Positions 32,057 through 40,742 are shown, counted from the stretch's first letter. The stretch is 64,000 nt of DNA from Chloroflexota bacterium (GCA_003158295.1 PMIP01000093.1:7630-71629), one strand, 5' to 3'. Made by a program: numbers and translations. Notes: generated by a model not told the origin, from the sequence alone.

Positions 32057-34404
32057 CGAGCAGCCTCGACCGCGGGCGTTGCGGCGAGTGCCGCGGTGAC
32101 GTCGATCACGCCGTCATACGCACCCTGGATGACAGCCAGGTTGGCATCGACGACGGCGGTGCCGCGCTTGCCGAAGAAACGGGTCAGGTTGCCCCGGACC
32201 GCCTCCATCAGAGCCGGCCGGTCGAGACCGGCGCGTTCGGCGAAAGGCGAGACCCGCAGGAAGACACCGACGAGCGCCACGCCCTGCATCCGGATCTCGA
32301 GATCCGGGCGAGGTGCGTGCTTCATGGCGAGCGACGCGGTGTCCAGGGCCAGAAGCCGGATCTTGCGAGCCAGCATCTCCGCTCGCGTTGCAGGCGGGAG
32401 TGCGGCCCAGATTTCTTTCGGATCCGTCAGCGGAGTCGGCACGAAGACCGTGCCCCCGTCAACGAGACCCGCCAGAGGGTTGCCGTGCTTGAACGAGTTG
32501 GTGTCGAAGAGCGGCACGAAGTCCACTTCCGTCAGCTCGTTGTGGAGCCGGATCGGTTCCTCCGCGATCGTCAGGAAATAGGTCGTCGGGAGACCCTTCT
32601 TCTCCGAGCCGTAGCGCGGATAGGCCTGGACGTAGAGGTTGAACAGCTCGCCCACGGTCGTCGCCACAAGCTTGTTTGTGGTGACGCTGCCGAAGCCGCC
32701 GACCGAATGGCCTCGCAGGCTGTAGGCGCCCTTGGGACGGACGTTGATGCCGCTCATCGTCAGAGCCTGAGGGTGTTTGATGCCGAGCACAGCGTGGCGG
32801 TGCTCCTTCATGGCCTTCTCGTCCGTCATCATGTCGAAGACGGCGCCGAGGTCGCCCGGCTGGATGTCGCGGGAGCCGAGGCCACCCGCAACTGACACGA
32901 CACGGGGCAGGTGGGCGCCGTCCATCGCCGCGTCGGCTAGGGCGGACTTGAGCTCACGAGTCAGCGGATTGTCGGCGGCCGCGGGATCGTCCGTGCGCTC
33001 CACCACAGCCACTACCTTGGCGTGGGCGAGCGCCCTGGCGAGCTGGGTGGCCGGGAACGGCCGGAAACAGGTGACGGTGATGCAGCCGACCTTGCGACCC
33101 TCGGCGCGGAGCGAATCCACGACCGCGAGGGCCGTATCGGCCATCGTCCCCATCGATACGAGGATGTAGTCGGCATCTTCGGTTCGGTAGGGAGCGATCA
33201 TGCCGTATGGGCGGCCGGTGAGCGCCGTCCACTCGGCCATGGCGCGTTCGACGATCTCGGGCAGGCGGTCGTACCAGGCCCGCATGCCGATGCGGCCCTT
33301 CATGTACGAGTCCTGGTTCTGGACCGGACCCGAGAGCAGGGCATCGTTGGGGTCGAACAGGTTGCGGACCGTCTTGCGGGGATCGCCCACGAAACGGCGG
33401 AGCAGGTCGTCTTCGGGGAGAAGGACGTTCTCGATCGTGTGCGTGGTCAGGAAGCCATCCTGGGCCACGAACCACGGCGTCTCGCCGTCTTCGGCGACGC
33501 GCCGAGCGATAGCGGTGAGGTCCGCCGCCTCCTGGCAGTTGCGGGCGAAGAACTGGCCCCAGCCCGTGTCGGCGACACCCATCATGTCGTCGTGGCCGGC
33601 ATGGATGTTGAGGGCCTGCCAGGTGAGGGCGCGAGCCCCGACATGGAAGACCGCCGGCAGACGCTTGCCGGCGATGGTGTACAGAACCTCCTTCATGAGG
33701 ATGAGGCCCTGGGCGGATGTGAAGTTCGTGACCCGGCCGCCGGCAAGGGCAAAGCCCTCGGCGGCAGATGCGGAGGAGTGCTCCGACTCCGGCTCGATGA
33801 ACTTCAGGTGCGTTCCCCACAGGTTGGGTGTGCCGTTGGCAACGGCAACCTGGTAGACCGCCGCCATGGTCGTCGAGGGCGTGATCGGGTAGGCGCAAGC
33901 GCCGTCGCTGATCCTCGTCTCGACGTAGGCGATGGCCTCCGAGCCGTCGATGATGGCTGGGATGCCTGGGAATTCTGGAGTCGGCTTGTTCGTCACGATG
34001 GTCGGTTCACTCAATGCGCGCAACTGGCGGGCCAGTGCGCTTCCATCCAGATGCTTAAGCAAGGTGCCGCCAATCCCGCTGGCGACCGCCTCGCGCTGCT
34101 CGTCCGCATGCCAGTAGGAGGCGAGCACGGCGATCCGCTCCGCGGGAACCAGATCGCGCAGTGCCGCCGCCATCGGCCGCCAGCCTCCCGCGACGTCGGC
34201 ATCGAGCAACACCACATCCGGCCGGGCAGACGCGGCCTCGCGCGCCGCGGATTCACACGACGCCTGAGCGACGATGAAGCCATGGCGCGAGAGGTGATCG
34301 CACAGTGCCTCGGTGGCAGCGCGGTGCTGACTGACGATGAGCAGTCGGCGCGGAGGTATCTGGGAGTCGGCGAGCATGCGGTAAGGGTGCGCCGAGGTCT
34401 CCAC
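32053..34404 (-). CDS. Receiver-like (CheY-fold) domain fused to the pyruvate:ferredoxin oxidoreductase N-terminal half (domains I-II-III)
   Basis: 783 aa with a GTG start.
- Residues ~17-135: RRLLIVSQHRAATEAL...DVVLLDADVAGG...RIAVLASY...GTLLKHL.
- Then the PFOR part: IDGSEAIAYVE...CAYPITPSTTMA, the domain III GHSVGGFGSVTTNK, and YGSEKKGLPTTY. Confidence 0.85.
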   Translation of the reverse strand: METSAHPYRMLADSQIPPRRLLIVSQHRAATEALCDHLSRHGFIVAQASCESAAREAASARPDVVLLDADVAGGWRPMAAALRDLVPAERIAVLASYWHADEQREAVASGIGGTLLKHLDGSALARQLRALSEPTIVTNKPTPEFPGIPAIIDGSEAIAYVETRISDGACAYPITPSTTMAAVYQVAVANGTPNLWGTHLKFIEPESEHSSASAAEGFALAGGRVTNFTSAQGLILMKEVLYTIAGKRLPAVFHVGARALTWQALNIHAGHDDMMGVADTGWGQFFARNCQEAADLTAIARRVAEDGETPWFVAQDGFLTTHTIENVLLPEDDLLRRFVGDPRKTVRNLFDPNDALLSGPVQNQDSYMKGRIGMRAWYDRLPEIVERAMAEWTALTGRPYGMIAPYRTEDADYILVSMGTMADTALAVVDSLRAEGRKVGCITVTCFRPFPATQLARALAHAKVVAVVERTDDPAAADNPLTRELKSALADAAMDGAHLPRVVSVAGGLGSRDIQPGDLGAVFDMMTDEKAMKEHRHAVLGIKHPQALTMSGINVRPKGAYSLRGHSVGGFGSVTTNKLVATTVGELFNLYVQAYPRYGSEKKGLPTTYFLTIAEEPIRLHNELTEVDFVPLFDTNSFKHGNPLAGLVDGGTVFVPTPLTDPKEIWAALPPATRAEMLARKIRLLALDTASLAMKHAPRPDLEIRMQGVALVGVFLRVSPFAERAGLDRPALMEAVRGNLTRFFGKRGTAVVDANLAVIQGAYDGVIDVTAALAATPAVEAAR

Positions 34405-34435
34405 CGCCCCTAGCGACAGGGCTCCCTAAGACCGG

Positions 34436-34449
34436 GGGCCATATGGCCC
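34436..34449. promoter_or_regulatory. 14-bp perfect palindrome GGGCCATATGGCCC upstream of the REC-PFOR gene
   Basis: Read directly. It lies 32-45 nt upstream of the GTG at 34404. Confidence 0.35.
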
Positions 34450-34657
34450 GCACGAGCACAATCGAGGATGGGGCGCACCTGCCCGAATTGGCAGGTCATC
34501 TTCCCCCGCCAGGGTAGTCTCGGCGGGCCGGAGTGGCGGCCTCCGGCGGACCCCTCCGGCCGCCCCGGGACGCACTACGGACGGGGACTACATGCCCTCG
34601 GCGGAGGGCCATTCGGCACTGCGCAGAGCCCTCGTGCGCCCCCAGACTCTGCCTCGT

Positions 34658-34699
34658 GACGAACGCCGGAGGGGACGCCCGGCGTTCGTCCTTTTTTTG
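34658..34699 (+). terminator. Canonical intrinsic terminator oriented on the + strand (12-bp stem, 9-nt loop, T7 tract)
   Basis: GACGAACGCCGG-aggggacgc-CCGGCGTTCGTC followed by CTTTTTTTG, read directly. Both flanking genes are on the minus strand. Confidence 0.6.
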
Positions 34700-34806
34700 T
34701 GCCGGGAACTGCGGTCGCCGTTAGCCGGCCGGCTGAGGTTCCGTGGTGATCTACGGGCGGCGGATTGCGCGGGCCAGCGCGGGCCAGCGCGTACCCTCCC
34801 GCGACC

Positions 34807-36078
34807 TTACAGCTCGTGGTACTTGCGGGCGTAGGAAGTCAGCTCCTCGCGGAAGTCCGGGTGGGCAATGGCGATGAGCCGTTTCGCGCGCTCGCGGAAC
34901 CCCTGGCCGAACAGCTCGGCCACGCCGTACTCGGTCACAACCGTGCGGACACTCGAACGGGTCACGGTAACGCCGGCTCCGTCATACATCTCCCAGGTGA
35001 TGCGCGAGACCTTCCCGTCGGCCGTGGTGGACGGCAGGGCGATGATCGCCTTCCCCTCCGGCGCAAGTGACGCCCCTCGCACGAAGTCCATCTGCCCGCC
35101 GACGCCGCTGTACATCTTGTGGCCCAGGGAATCGGCGCAGACCTGGCCTGTGAGGTCCACCTCGATCGCGGAGTTGACCGCGATCATGCGCCGCTGTTTT
35201 CGGATCGTGGCTGTGTCGTTCGTGTAGTCAACGCCGCGCAGTTCGAGCATGGGGTTGCCGTCGACCCACTTGTACAGACGCGGCGTCCCCATCATGAACG
35301 CGGCCACCACCTTGTGCGGGTCGAGGGTCTTGGCGCTGCAGTCCACAACCCCCTTCTCCACCAGCTCAACCAGTGGATCGGTGAACATCTCGGTGTGAAC
35401 GCCGAGGTGCTTCTTGCCTTCGAGGCACAGGCCGACAGCCGTCGGGATCGCGCCGATCCCCATCTGGAGCGTAGCCTCATCTGGAATCAGGTCTGCGACG
35501 TACTCGCCGATCCGGCGCTCCACGTCGCTGATCTCCCCCGGGTTGTACTCGTAGGGCGCCTGATCGACCTCGACTGCCAGGTCGATATCGTTGATGTGGA
35601 CGTGGCTGTCGCCGCAGGTGCGCGGCATCGACGGGTTGAGCTGAGCGATGACGGTCTTTGCGCAGCGGATCGCGGTCTGCATCGCTTCCACGGACGTTCC
35701 GAGCGAGCAGAAGCCATGTTCGTCGGGAGGCGTCATGTTGGCGAAGACGGCGTCGAGCGGCAGGAGGCCGCTCTCCATCAACAGCGGGACGTCCGACAGC
35801 TGGACCGGGATAAACTCCGCGCGTCCGTCGTTGATGGCCGCCCGGGCATTCGGTCCGATGAAGAGCGCCCTGTGAAAGAGGTGGCCCTCCATTTCGGGGG
35901 CAAGGTGAGGGTGCGGCCCCTCGCAGTGCAGATGGGCGACCTTGACGTCTTCCAGCTTCGGAGCCCTGCGGCACAGGGCGTCCAGGAGTGCGGACGGCGT
36001 GGCGGCCGCGCAGTGGACGTAGATCTGCTGGCCCGACTCGATGCCCGAGACTGCCTCATCGGCGCTGACGATACGCAT
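34807..36078 (-). CDS. Acetyl-CoA hydrolase/transferase family protein (4-hydroxybutyrate/succinyl-CoA:acetate CoA-transferase-like)
   Basis: 423 aa. The family pattern runs throughout: GIGAIP, EMFTD, VNSAIEVDLTGQVCADS...YSGVGGQMDF and VVTEYG. Confidence 0.85.
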   Translation of the reverse strand: MRIVSADEAVSGIESGQQIYVHCAAATPSALLDALCRRAPKLEDVKVAHLHCEGPHPHLAPEMEGHLFHRALFIGPNARAAINDGRAEFIPVQLSDVPLLMESGLLPLDAVFANMTPPDEHGFCSLGTSVEAMQTAIRCAKTVIAQLNPSMPRTCGDSHVHINDIDLAVEVDQAPYEYNPGEISDVERRIGEYVADLIPDEATLQMGIGAIPTAVGLCLEGKKHLGVHTEMFTDPLVELVEKGVVDCSAKTLDPHKVVAAFMMGTPRLYKWVDGNPMLELRGVDYTNDTATIRKQRRMIAVNSAIEVDLTGQVCADSLGHKMYSGVGGQMDFVRGASLAPEGKAIIALPSTTADGKVSRITWEMYDGAGVTVTRSSVRTVVTEYGVAELFGQGFRERAKRLIAIAHPDFREELTSYARKYHEL

Positions 36079-36166
36079 GCGCCCAATCTATGCAGTCCGG
36101 ATAGGGGCGCGAGGGCCGAACGGCAGCATTTCGGGCGCGCCGGCGCTGGGAGACAACGCCGATCGG

Positions 36167-37438
36167 CTAGAGCCCGTAGTTCTTGCGGGCGTAGGAGGTC
36201 AGCTCGTCGCGAAAGTCGGGATGAGCGATCGCAATCAGGCGCTTGGCGCGCTCGCGGAAGCCCTGTCCGAACAGCTCGGCGACGCCGTACTCGGTGACGA
36301 CCGTTCGGACGTGGGCGCGAGTCGTGGTCACCCCGGCCCCCTCCTTGAGGGCGGCGGTGATCCGCGAGAACTTGCCGCCAGCGGCAGTCGAAGGCAGAGC
36401 GATGATCGATCGCCCCTCCTCCGCGAGGGCCGCCCCCCGGATGAAGTCCACCTGCCCACCGACACCGCTGTACATCCGGCTCCCGATCGAGTCCGCGCTG
36501 ACCTGGCCGGTGAGGTCGATCTCGATGGCCGAATTGATGGCGGTCATGCGGCGCTGCCGACGGATCACCGAGGTGTCGTTCGTGTAGTCCACCTGGCGCA
36601 TCTCGACCATCGGGTTGTTGTCCACGAACTTGTAGAGGCGCTTCGTGCCCATCATGAAGGTCACGACGATCTTGCCGCAGTCGACCGTCTTGCGCTCGCA
36701 GGTCACGATCCCGCGCTCGACGAGATCGACGAGGACGTCGGTGAACATCTCGGTGTGGATACCGAGATTCTTCTTGTCGTTGAGATAGAGGCATACCGCG
36801 CTCGGGATGGCGCCAATGCCCATCTGCAGGGTGGCTTCGTCCTGGACCAGGCCGGCGACGTACTCGCCGATGCGCCGCTCTACTTCGCCGATCACAGGGT
36901 TCGCATGCTCGTAGGGCGGCATATCCACTTCGACGCCGAGATCGATCTTGTCCACGTGCACGAAGGAGTCGCCCAGAGTGCGGGGCATCGACTTGTTGAT
37001 CTGGGCAATGAGCGTCCTGGCGTTCCGGATGGCGGCGATCACCGTATCGACGGATGTGCCCAGTGAACAGAAGCCGTGCTCGTCCGGCGGGCTGACATTG
37101 AGGAAGGCAGCATCCACGGGTTGAATCTGCTGGTCGAAGAGCAAAGGAATCTCGGACAGGAAGACGGGAATGTACTCGGCGCGGCCGTCGTTGATGGCCC
37201 GGCGGGCGTTCGGACCGATGAACAGGGCCTTGTGGCAGAAGTGGCCCTCCATCTCCGGGGCGAGATGCGGATGCGGCCCCTCGCAGTGCATGTGAATCAG
37301 GTTCACGTCCTGGAGTTCCGGCGCTCGCCTCACCAGCGCCTCGAGGAGTATCTCCGGGACCGCCGCCGCTCCCTGCATGAAGACCTGCTGACCTGACTTG
37401 ATCCCTGAGACCGCCTCTTCGGCGCTGGCGATACGCAT
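36167..37438 (-). CDS. Acetyl-CoA hydrolase/transferase family protein, tandem paralog
   Basis: Internal ATG of track ORF 36167..37504. 423 aa, colinear with the 34807..36078 product. The last ~45 residues are nearly identical. Confidence 0.85.
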   Translation of the reverse strand: MRIASAEEAVSGIKSGQQVFMQGAAAVPEILLEALVRRAPELQDVNLIHMHCEGPHPHLAPEMEGHFCHKALFIGPNARRAINDGRAEYIPVFLSEIPLLFDQQIQPVDAAFLNVSPPDEHGFCSLGTSVDTVIAAIRNARTLIAQINKSMPRTLGDSFVHVDKIDLGVEVDMPPYEHANPVIGEVERRIGEYVAGLVQDEATLQMGIGAIPSAVCLYLNDKKNLGIHTEMFTDVLVDLVERGIVTCERKTVDCGKIVVTFMMGTKRLYKFVDNNPMVEMRQVDYTNDTSVIRRQRRMTAINSAIEIDLTGQVSADSIGSRMYSGVGGQVDFIRGAALAEEGRSIIALPSTAAGGKFSRITAALKEGAGVTTTRAHVRTVVTEYGVAELFGQGFRERAKRLIAIAHPDFRDELTSYARKNYGL

Positions 37439-37830
37439 GACGGGCAGTGTACGGGGCGCGCGACCTTGCGGGAGGGCCGAACGCAACGGTCGAGGATGCC
37501 GCACGGCCCGGATCGCGGCGCCGTTGCTACTGCATGGCTGCTCTCGCCCCTCAGATAGTCACCCGGGGACTAGTATCCAGGTCGCCGTGTCTCAGAAGGA
37601 CGCCAGTGACGAGGAAGGGAAGACCGCTGAGCCTTGCTCGCGCTCGAACGATCGCCGTCGGCTGTCTGCGAGGCGCACCTCCTCTTCGGTCGCTTCTTTC
37701 GGCGTCGGACAGTAGTCGTCGCAGACTATGTGAACGAGGGCGCAGCGACCGCGGCCATGACTCACCGACCGTCCGATCAGCGCCGAAGGCGCGCAAACCG
37801 CCAGATCGTGGAGAGAGCCGCTCCGGCCGG

Positions 37831-38502
37831 TTACGCGCCGCCCTTCATGCGATGGCGGGCTACGAAGGCGGCGGCCTGGGCGCGCCGCTCGAGGTTCAGC
37901 TTGGACAGGATTGAGCTGACGTAGTTCTTGACCGTCTTGTCCGACAGGAAGACGTCGGAGGCGATCTCCTTGTTCGTCTTGCCCTCGGCGACCAGCAGCA
38001 GGATCTTCTGCTCCTGCTGGGTCAGCTGCGCCATCTCGTCGGTGTAGGTGCCCGTGGCGATGCGGCGAACCCGATCCAGCACCTTCTCGGTCACCGCCGG
38101 GTCCAGCAGCGACTCGCCACGGCCGACCGATTCGAGGGCGCTGACGAGATCGCGGCCGCGGATCTGCTTGAGCAGGTAACCAGAGGCTCCGGCGATGATC
38201 GCGGAGAGAACGGCTTCCTCGTCCGGGTAGCTGGTGAGAATGACGACCCGAGTCCGGGGGAACTCGGCGCGGATCTCGCGACAGGCCTCTATGCCGGACC
38301 CGTCGGGCAGACGCACGTCCATGACGATGATGTCCGGCTCGAACTTGCGAGCCATCTCCACGGCTTCGGCGGCCGTACCGGCCTCGGCCACGACCTGGAA
38401 GTGCTCGCGTCGCTCGAGGAGTGAAACCAGGCCCTGGCGAACGACCTCGTGATCGTCCACCACGAGCAACCGCAGCGGGCGTGCTTCGGTCTGGTCGGTC
38501 AT
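37831..38502 (-). CDS. NarL/LuxR-family response regulator, DevR/DosR-like
   Basis: 223 aa. LLVVDDHEVVRQGL, MDVRLPDGSGIEACREI, LTSYPDEEAVLSAIIAGASGYLLK and the C-terminal TNKEIASDVFLSDKTVKNYVSSILSKL. Close in pattern to my memory of M. tuberculosis DevR. Confidence 0.85.
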   Translation of the reverse strand: MTDQTEARPLRLLVVDDHEVVRQGLVSLLERREHFQVVAEAGTAAEAVEMARKFEPDIIVMDVRLPDGSGIEACREIRAEFPRTRVVILTSYPDEEAVLSAIIAGASGYLLKQIRGRDLVSALESVGRGESLLDPAVTEKVLDRVRRIATGTYTDEMAQLTQQEQKILLLVAEGKTNKEIASDVFLSDKTVKNYVSSILSKLNLERRAQAAAFVARHRMKGGA

Positions 38503-40070
38503 TCTTCGCCTCGATCCGTGGCTTCCCCGCCCGGCAGGTCGCGACGGGTCACCTCCACGATGATACGCGTACCGCGGCCGGGGTGGCTGTCCACCTCCAG
38601 GCTGCCACCGATGGACGCGACTCGGGCCCGCATGTTCACGAGGCCCTGGTGGCCGGCGCTGCGGGGCACTTCCGCGTCGAAGCCGACGCCGTTGTCGCTC
38701 ACGACCATCTTGACGTGGCCACGACGCGACTCGACCTCGACGGTTCCGCGCGTCCCCTTGGAGTGGCGGGCGATGTTGCTGAGAGCTTCTCTGGCGATCG
38801 AGAGCAGCTGGCCCGTCACGTCTGGCGGCAGGTCCAGGTCTTCGACCGCGGAGGTATCCAGGTCGATGTCGACCATGCTGTTGACGCGGAACTCGTCGGC
38901 GAGAGCCGCCAGTCCACCCACGAGCCCCGCTTGCTCTAGCAGCTCGGGCCGCAGGCCGAAGATGAAGTTGCGGATGTCTCGAATCGACTGGTCAAGCGAG
39001 TCGATGGCCCGTTCGACCCGAGCCTTGGCCACCTCGGGCTCGTCCTCCATCAGGTCCGGGACGTCTTCGAGCGAGAGCCCGACGGCGTAGATGCTCTGGA
39101 TGATGCCGTCGTGCAGGTCGCGGCCGATGCGCTCACGCTCGTCGACGATCGCCAGACGCTGAACCTGCTCGTGAAGCCGGGCGTTCTCGATGGCGATGCC
39201 GGCATGCAGGGCGAACATCTCGACGAGCCGCTCATCGTCCGCGGTGAAGTCGCCGGACGGCTGCTTGTTGGTGAGGTAGAGGCGGCCGATCGAGCGTCCC
39301 TTGACCCCGATCGGGACCCCGAGCAGGGTATGCATCGGCGGGTGGTTGGACGGCGTGCCGTTGCGACGGGGGTCGGTGGCGATGTCGTGGATGCGGACCG
39401 GATGGCTCTGTCGGGCAATCACACCCAGGAGCCCGAGCCCGCGCGGCGGGGCGCCGATCCGCTCCCGTTCGGCTCGGGTGATGCCGCTGGTGATGAAGCG
39501 CTCTATTCCGCCCTCCTGGTCCACGATCCCCAAGGCCGCGTACTGGGCGTGGGCCAGCTCGCGCACCCGGTCCGTGATCAGCTGGAGTACACGGTCCAGG
39601 TCGAGGACGCCGGCGATGCCGCGGGTGGCGCTGTCGAGCGCGGCGAGCTCCCTGGAAGCCTGGCCTGCTCGAGCACGGGACCATGCCGACCCAATGACGA
39701 TCTCCAAACCACGAGCGCACTCGTCGACGGAGACGACCGCGTTCGATGCGGCGTCCAGCTGCAGCGTCCCCAGGACACGGTCGCCGAACCGGAGCTCGTA
39801 CGTTCGGAGACCGGCCGTCTCGGCGCCCTGGTCGACCAGGCTGCCGGCCCGCAGCTCGACCTCCGCGACGGGCGCGGCGTTGAGGTGGAGGTGGCCGCCG
39901 CGAAGCCCGGAGCTTGCGATCACGCTCCCGAAAGCGCTCTCGAGGCGCCCGTAGGAGTCGGGGCTCGCCTCGGCGTGCCAGCTCTCCAACGCCTCGGCCA
40001 CATCCCTCAGGCCGAGCAGGCCGGTCGCACCCGGGGTCGCGTTCGGGGTCGAATTGGCGGCGGTCATCAT
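38499..40070 (-). CDS. GAF-domain sensor histidine kinase (HisKA_3/HATPase), DevS/DosT-like
   Basis: Internal ATG (40070 or 40067) of track ORF 38499..40175. GAF motif LLGVIARQSHPVRIHDIATDPRR...HPPMHTLLGVPI...GRLYLTNK, H-box ERERIGRDLHDGIIQ, and N/G boxes. ATGA overlap with the regulator. Confidence 0.85.
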   Translation of the reverse strand: MMTAANSTPNATPGATGLLGLRDVAEALESWHAEASPDSYGRLESAFGSVIASSGLRGGHLHLNAAPVAEVELRAGSLVDQGAETAGLRTYELRFGDRVLGTLQLDAASNAVVSVDECARGLEIVIGSAWSRARAGQASRELAALDSATRGIAGVLDLDRVLQLITDRVRELAHAQYAALGIVDQEGGIERFITSGITRAERERIGAPPRGLGLLGVIARQSHPVRIHDIATDPRRNGTPSNHPPMHTLLGVPIGVKGRSIGRLYLTNKQPSGDFTADDERLVEMFALHAGIAIENARLHEQVQRLAIVDERERIGRDLHDGIIQSIYAVGLSLEDVPDLMEDEPEVAKARVERAIDSLDQSIRDIRNFIFGLRPELLEQAGLVGGLAALADEFRVNSMVDIDLDTSAVEDLDLPPDVTGQLLSIAREALSNIARHSKGTRGTVEVESRRGHVKMVVSDNGVGFDAEVPRSAGHQGLVNMRARVASIGGSLEVDSHPGRGTRIIVEVTRRDLPGGEATDRGEE

Positions 40071-40231
40071 CGGCAGCCTAGCAGGAGGCCCGATTGGGCG
40101 TCGCGCACAGCGGGGACCTTTGTGCCCGCGGGAACGGGCCGGAGGTCCCTTGGCCCTCCCCAGGGGCGCGCCCACGATCGCCCAACACGGAGAACGGCAG
40201 CCAGTCGGCTCCCAGCGCGGCGCGAGAACGT

Positions 40232-40678
40232 ATGCCTCAACTCGAAATCATCCTGTTCGCGACCGACGGATCACCCGCATCGGAGCCGGCCAGCGAGCAG
40301 GCGATCGACCTGGCCACCCAGGTTCAGGCGCGCCTCCTGATCGTCAGCGTCCTGGCGACCTCGTCGCGCACGTCTGAGGCCTCGGCGGGTCCGGCGACGG
40401 CCGACTCACGCGATTCCCTCACCGCCAAGGCCCAGGCGATCGTGCAGCGGGCCAAGGCCGCCGGAGTCGACGCCACGTTCCTGGTTTGGGAGGGCGACGC
40501 GGGCGATGCGATCGTTGCCGCGGCGGACGCGGAGAACGCCGATCTGATCGTCGTCGGATCGCACGGCCGCAGCGGTGTCAGCCGCTTCCTGATCGGCAGT
40601 GTCTCGGACTATGTGGTCCGCCACGCCCACTGCCCGGTCATGGTCATTCGCGGCAAGCCGGAGGCGGTTCGGCGGTAG
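40232..40678 (+). CDS. Universal stress protein (UspA family)
   Basis: Internal ATG of track ORF 40094..40678. ILFATDGSPAS...DLIVVGSHGRSGVSRFLIGSVSDYVVRHAHCPVMVI. Confidence 0.9.
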   Translation: MPQLEIILFATDGSPASEPASEQAIDLATQVQARLLIVSVLATSSRTSEASAGPATADSRDSLTAKAQAIVQRAKAAGVDATFLVWEGDAGDAIVAAADAENADLIVVGSHGRSGVSRFLIGSVSDYVVRHAHCPVMVIRGKPEAVRR

Positions 40679-40742
40679 AGGGTAGCGTTACACTAGGACC
40701 CGCGGCTCTCATCCTGCGCCATCGAAAAGAGGAGGATTTTCG

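Noticed and set aside
34771-34790. 10-nt tandem gggccagcgc x2 just downstream of the CoA-transferase stop
   Set aside because: It is very short and GC-rich, so it could easily arise by chance or slippage. No function can be argued.
34468-34834. Small plus-strand ORFs 34468..34659, 34533..34724 and 34592..34834 in the PFOR/CoA-transferase spacer
   Set aside because: They have Gly/Pro/Arg-rich products and overlap each other. GAGG abuts the first ATG with no spacing. I treat the region as non-coding (possible sRNA or leader) instead.
37566-37578. GGGACTAGTATCC, a DosR-box-like sequence upstream of the second CoA-transferase
   Set aside because: Only the left half-site matches; the right half is 3/5 or worse. 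It is not distinguishable from background at this GC content.
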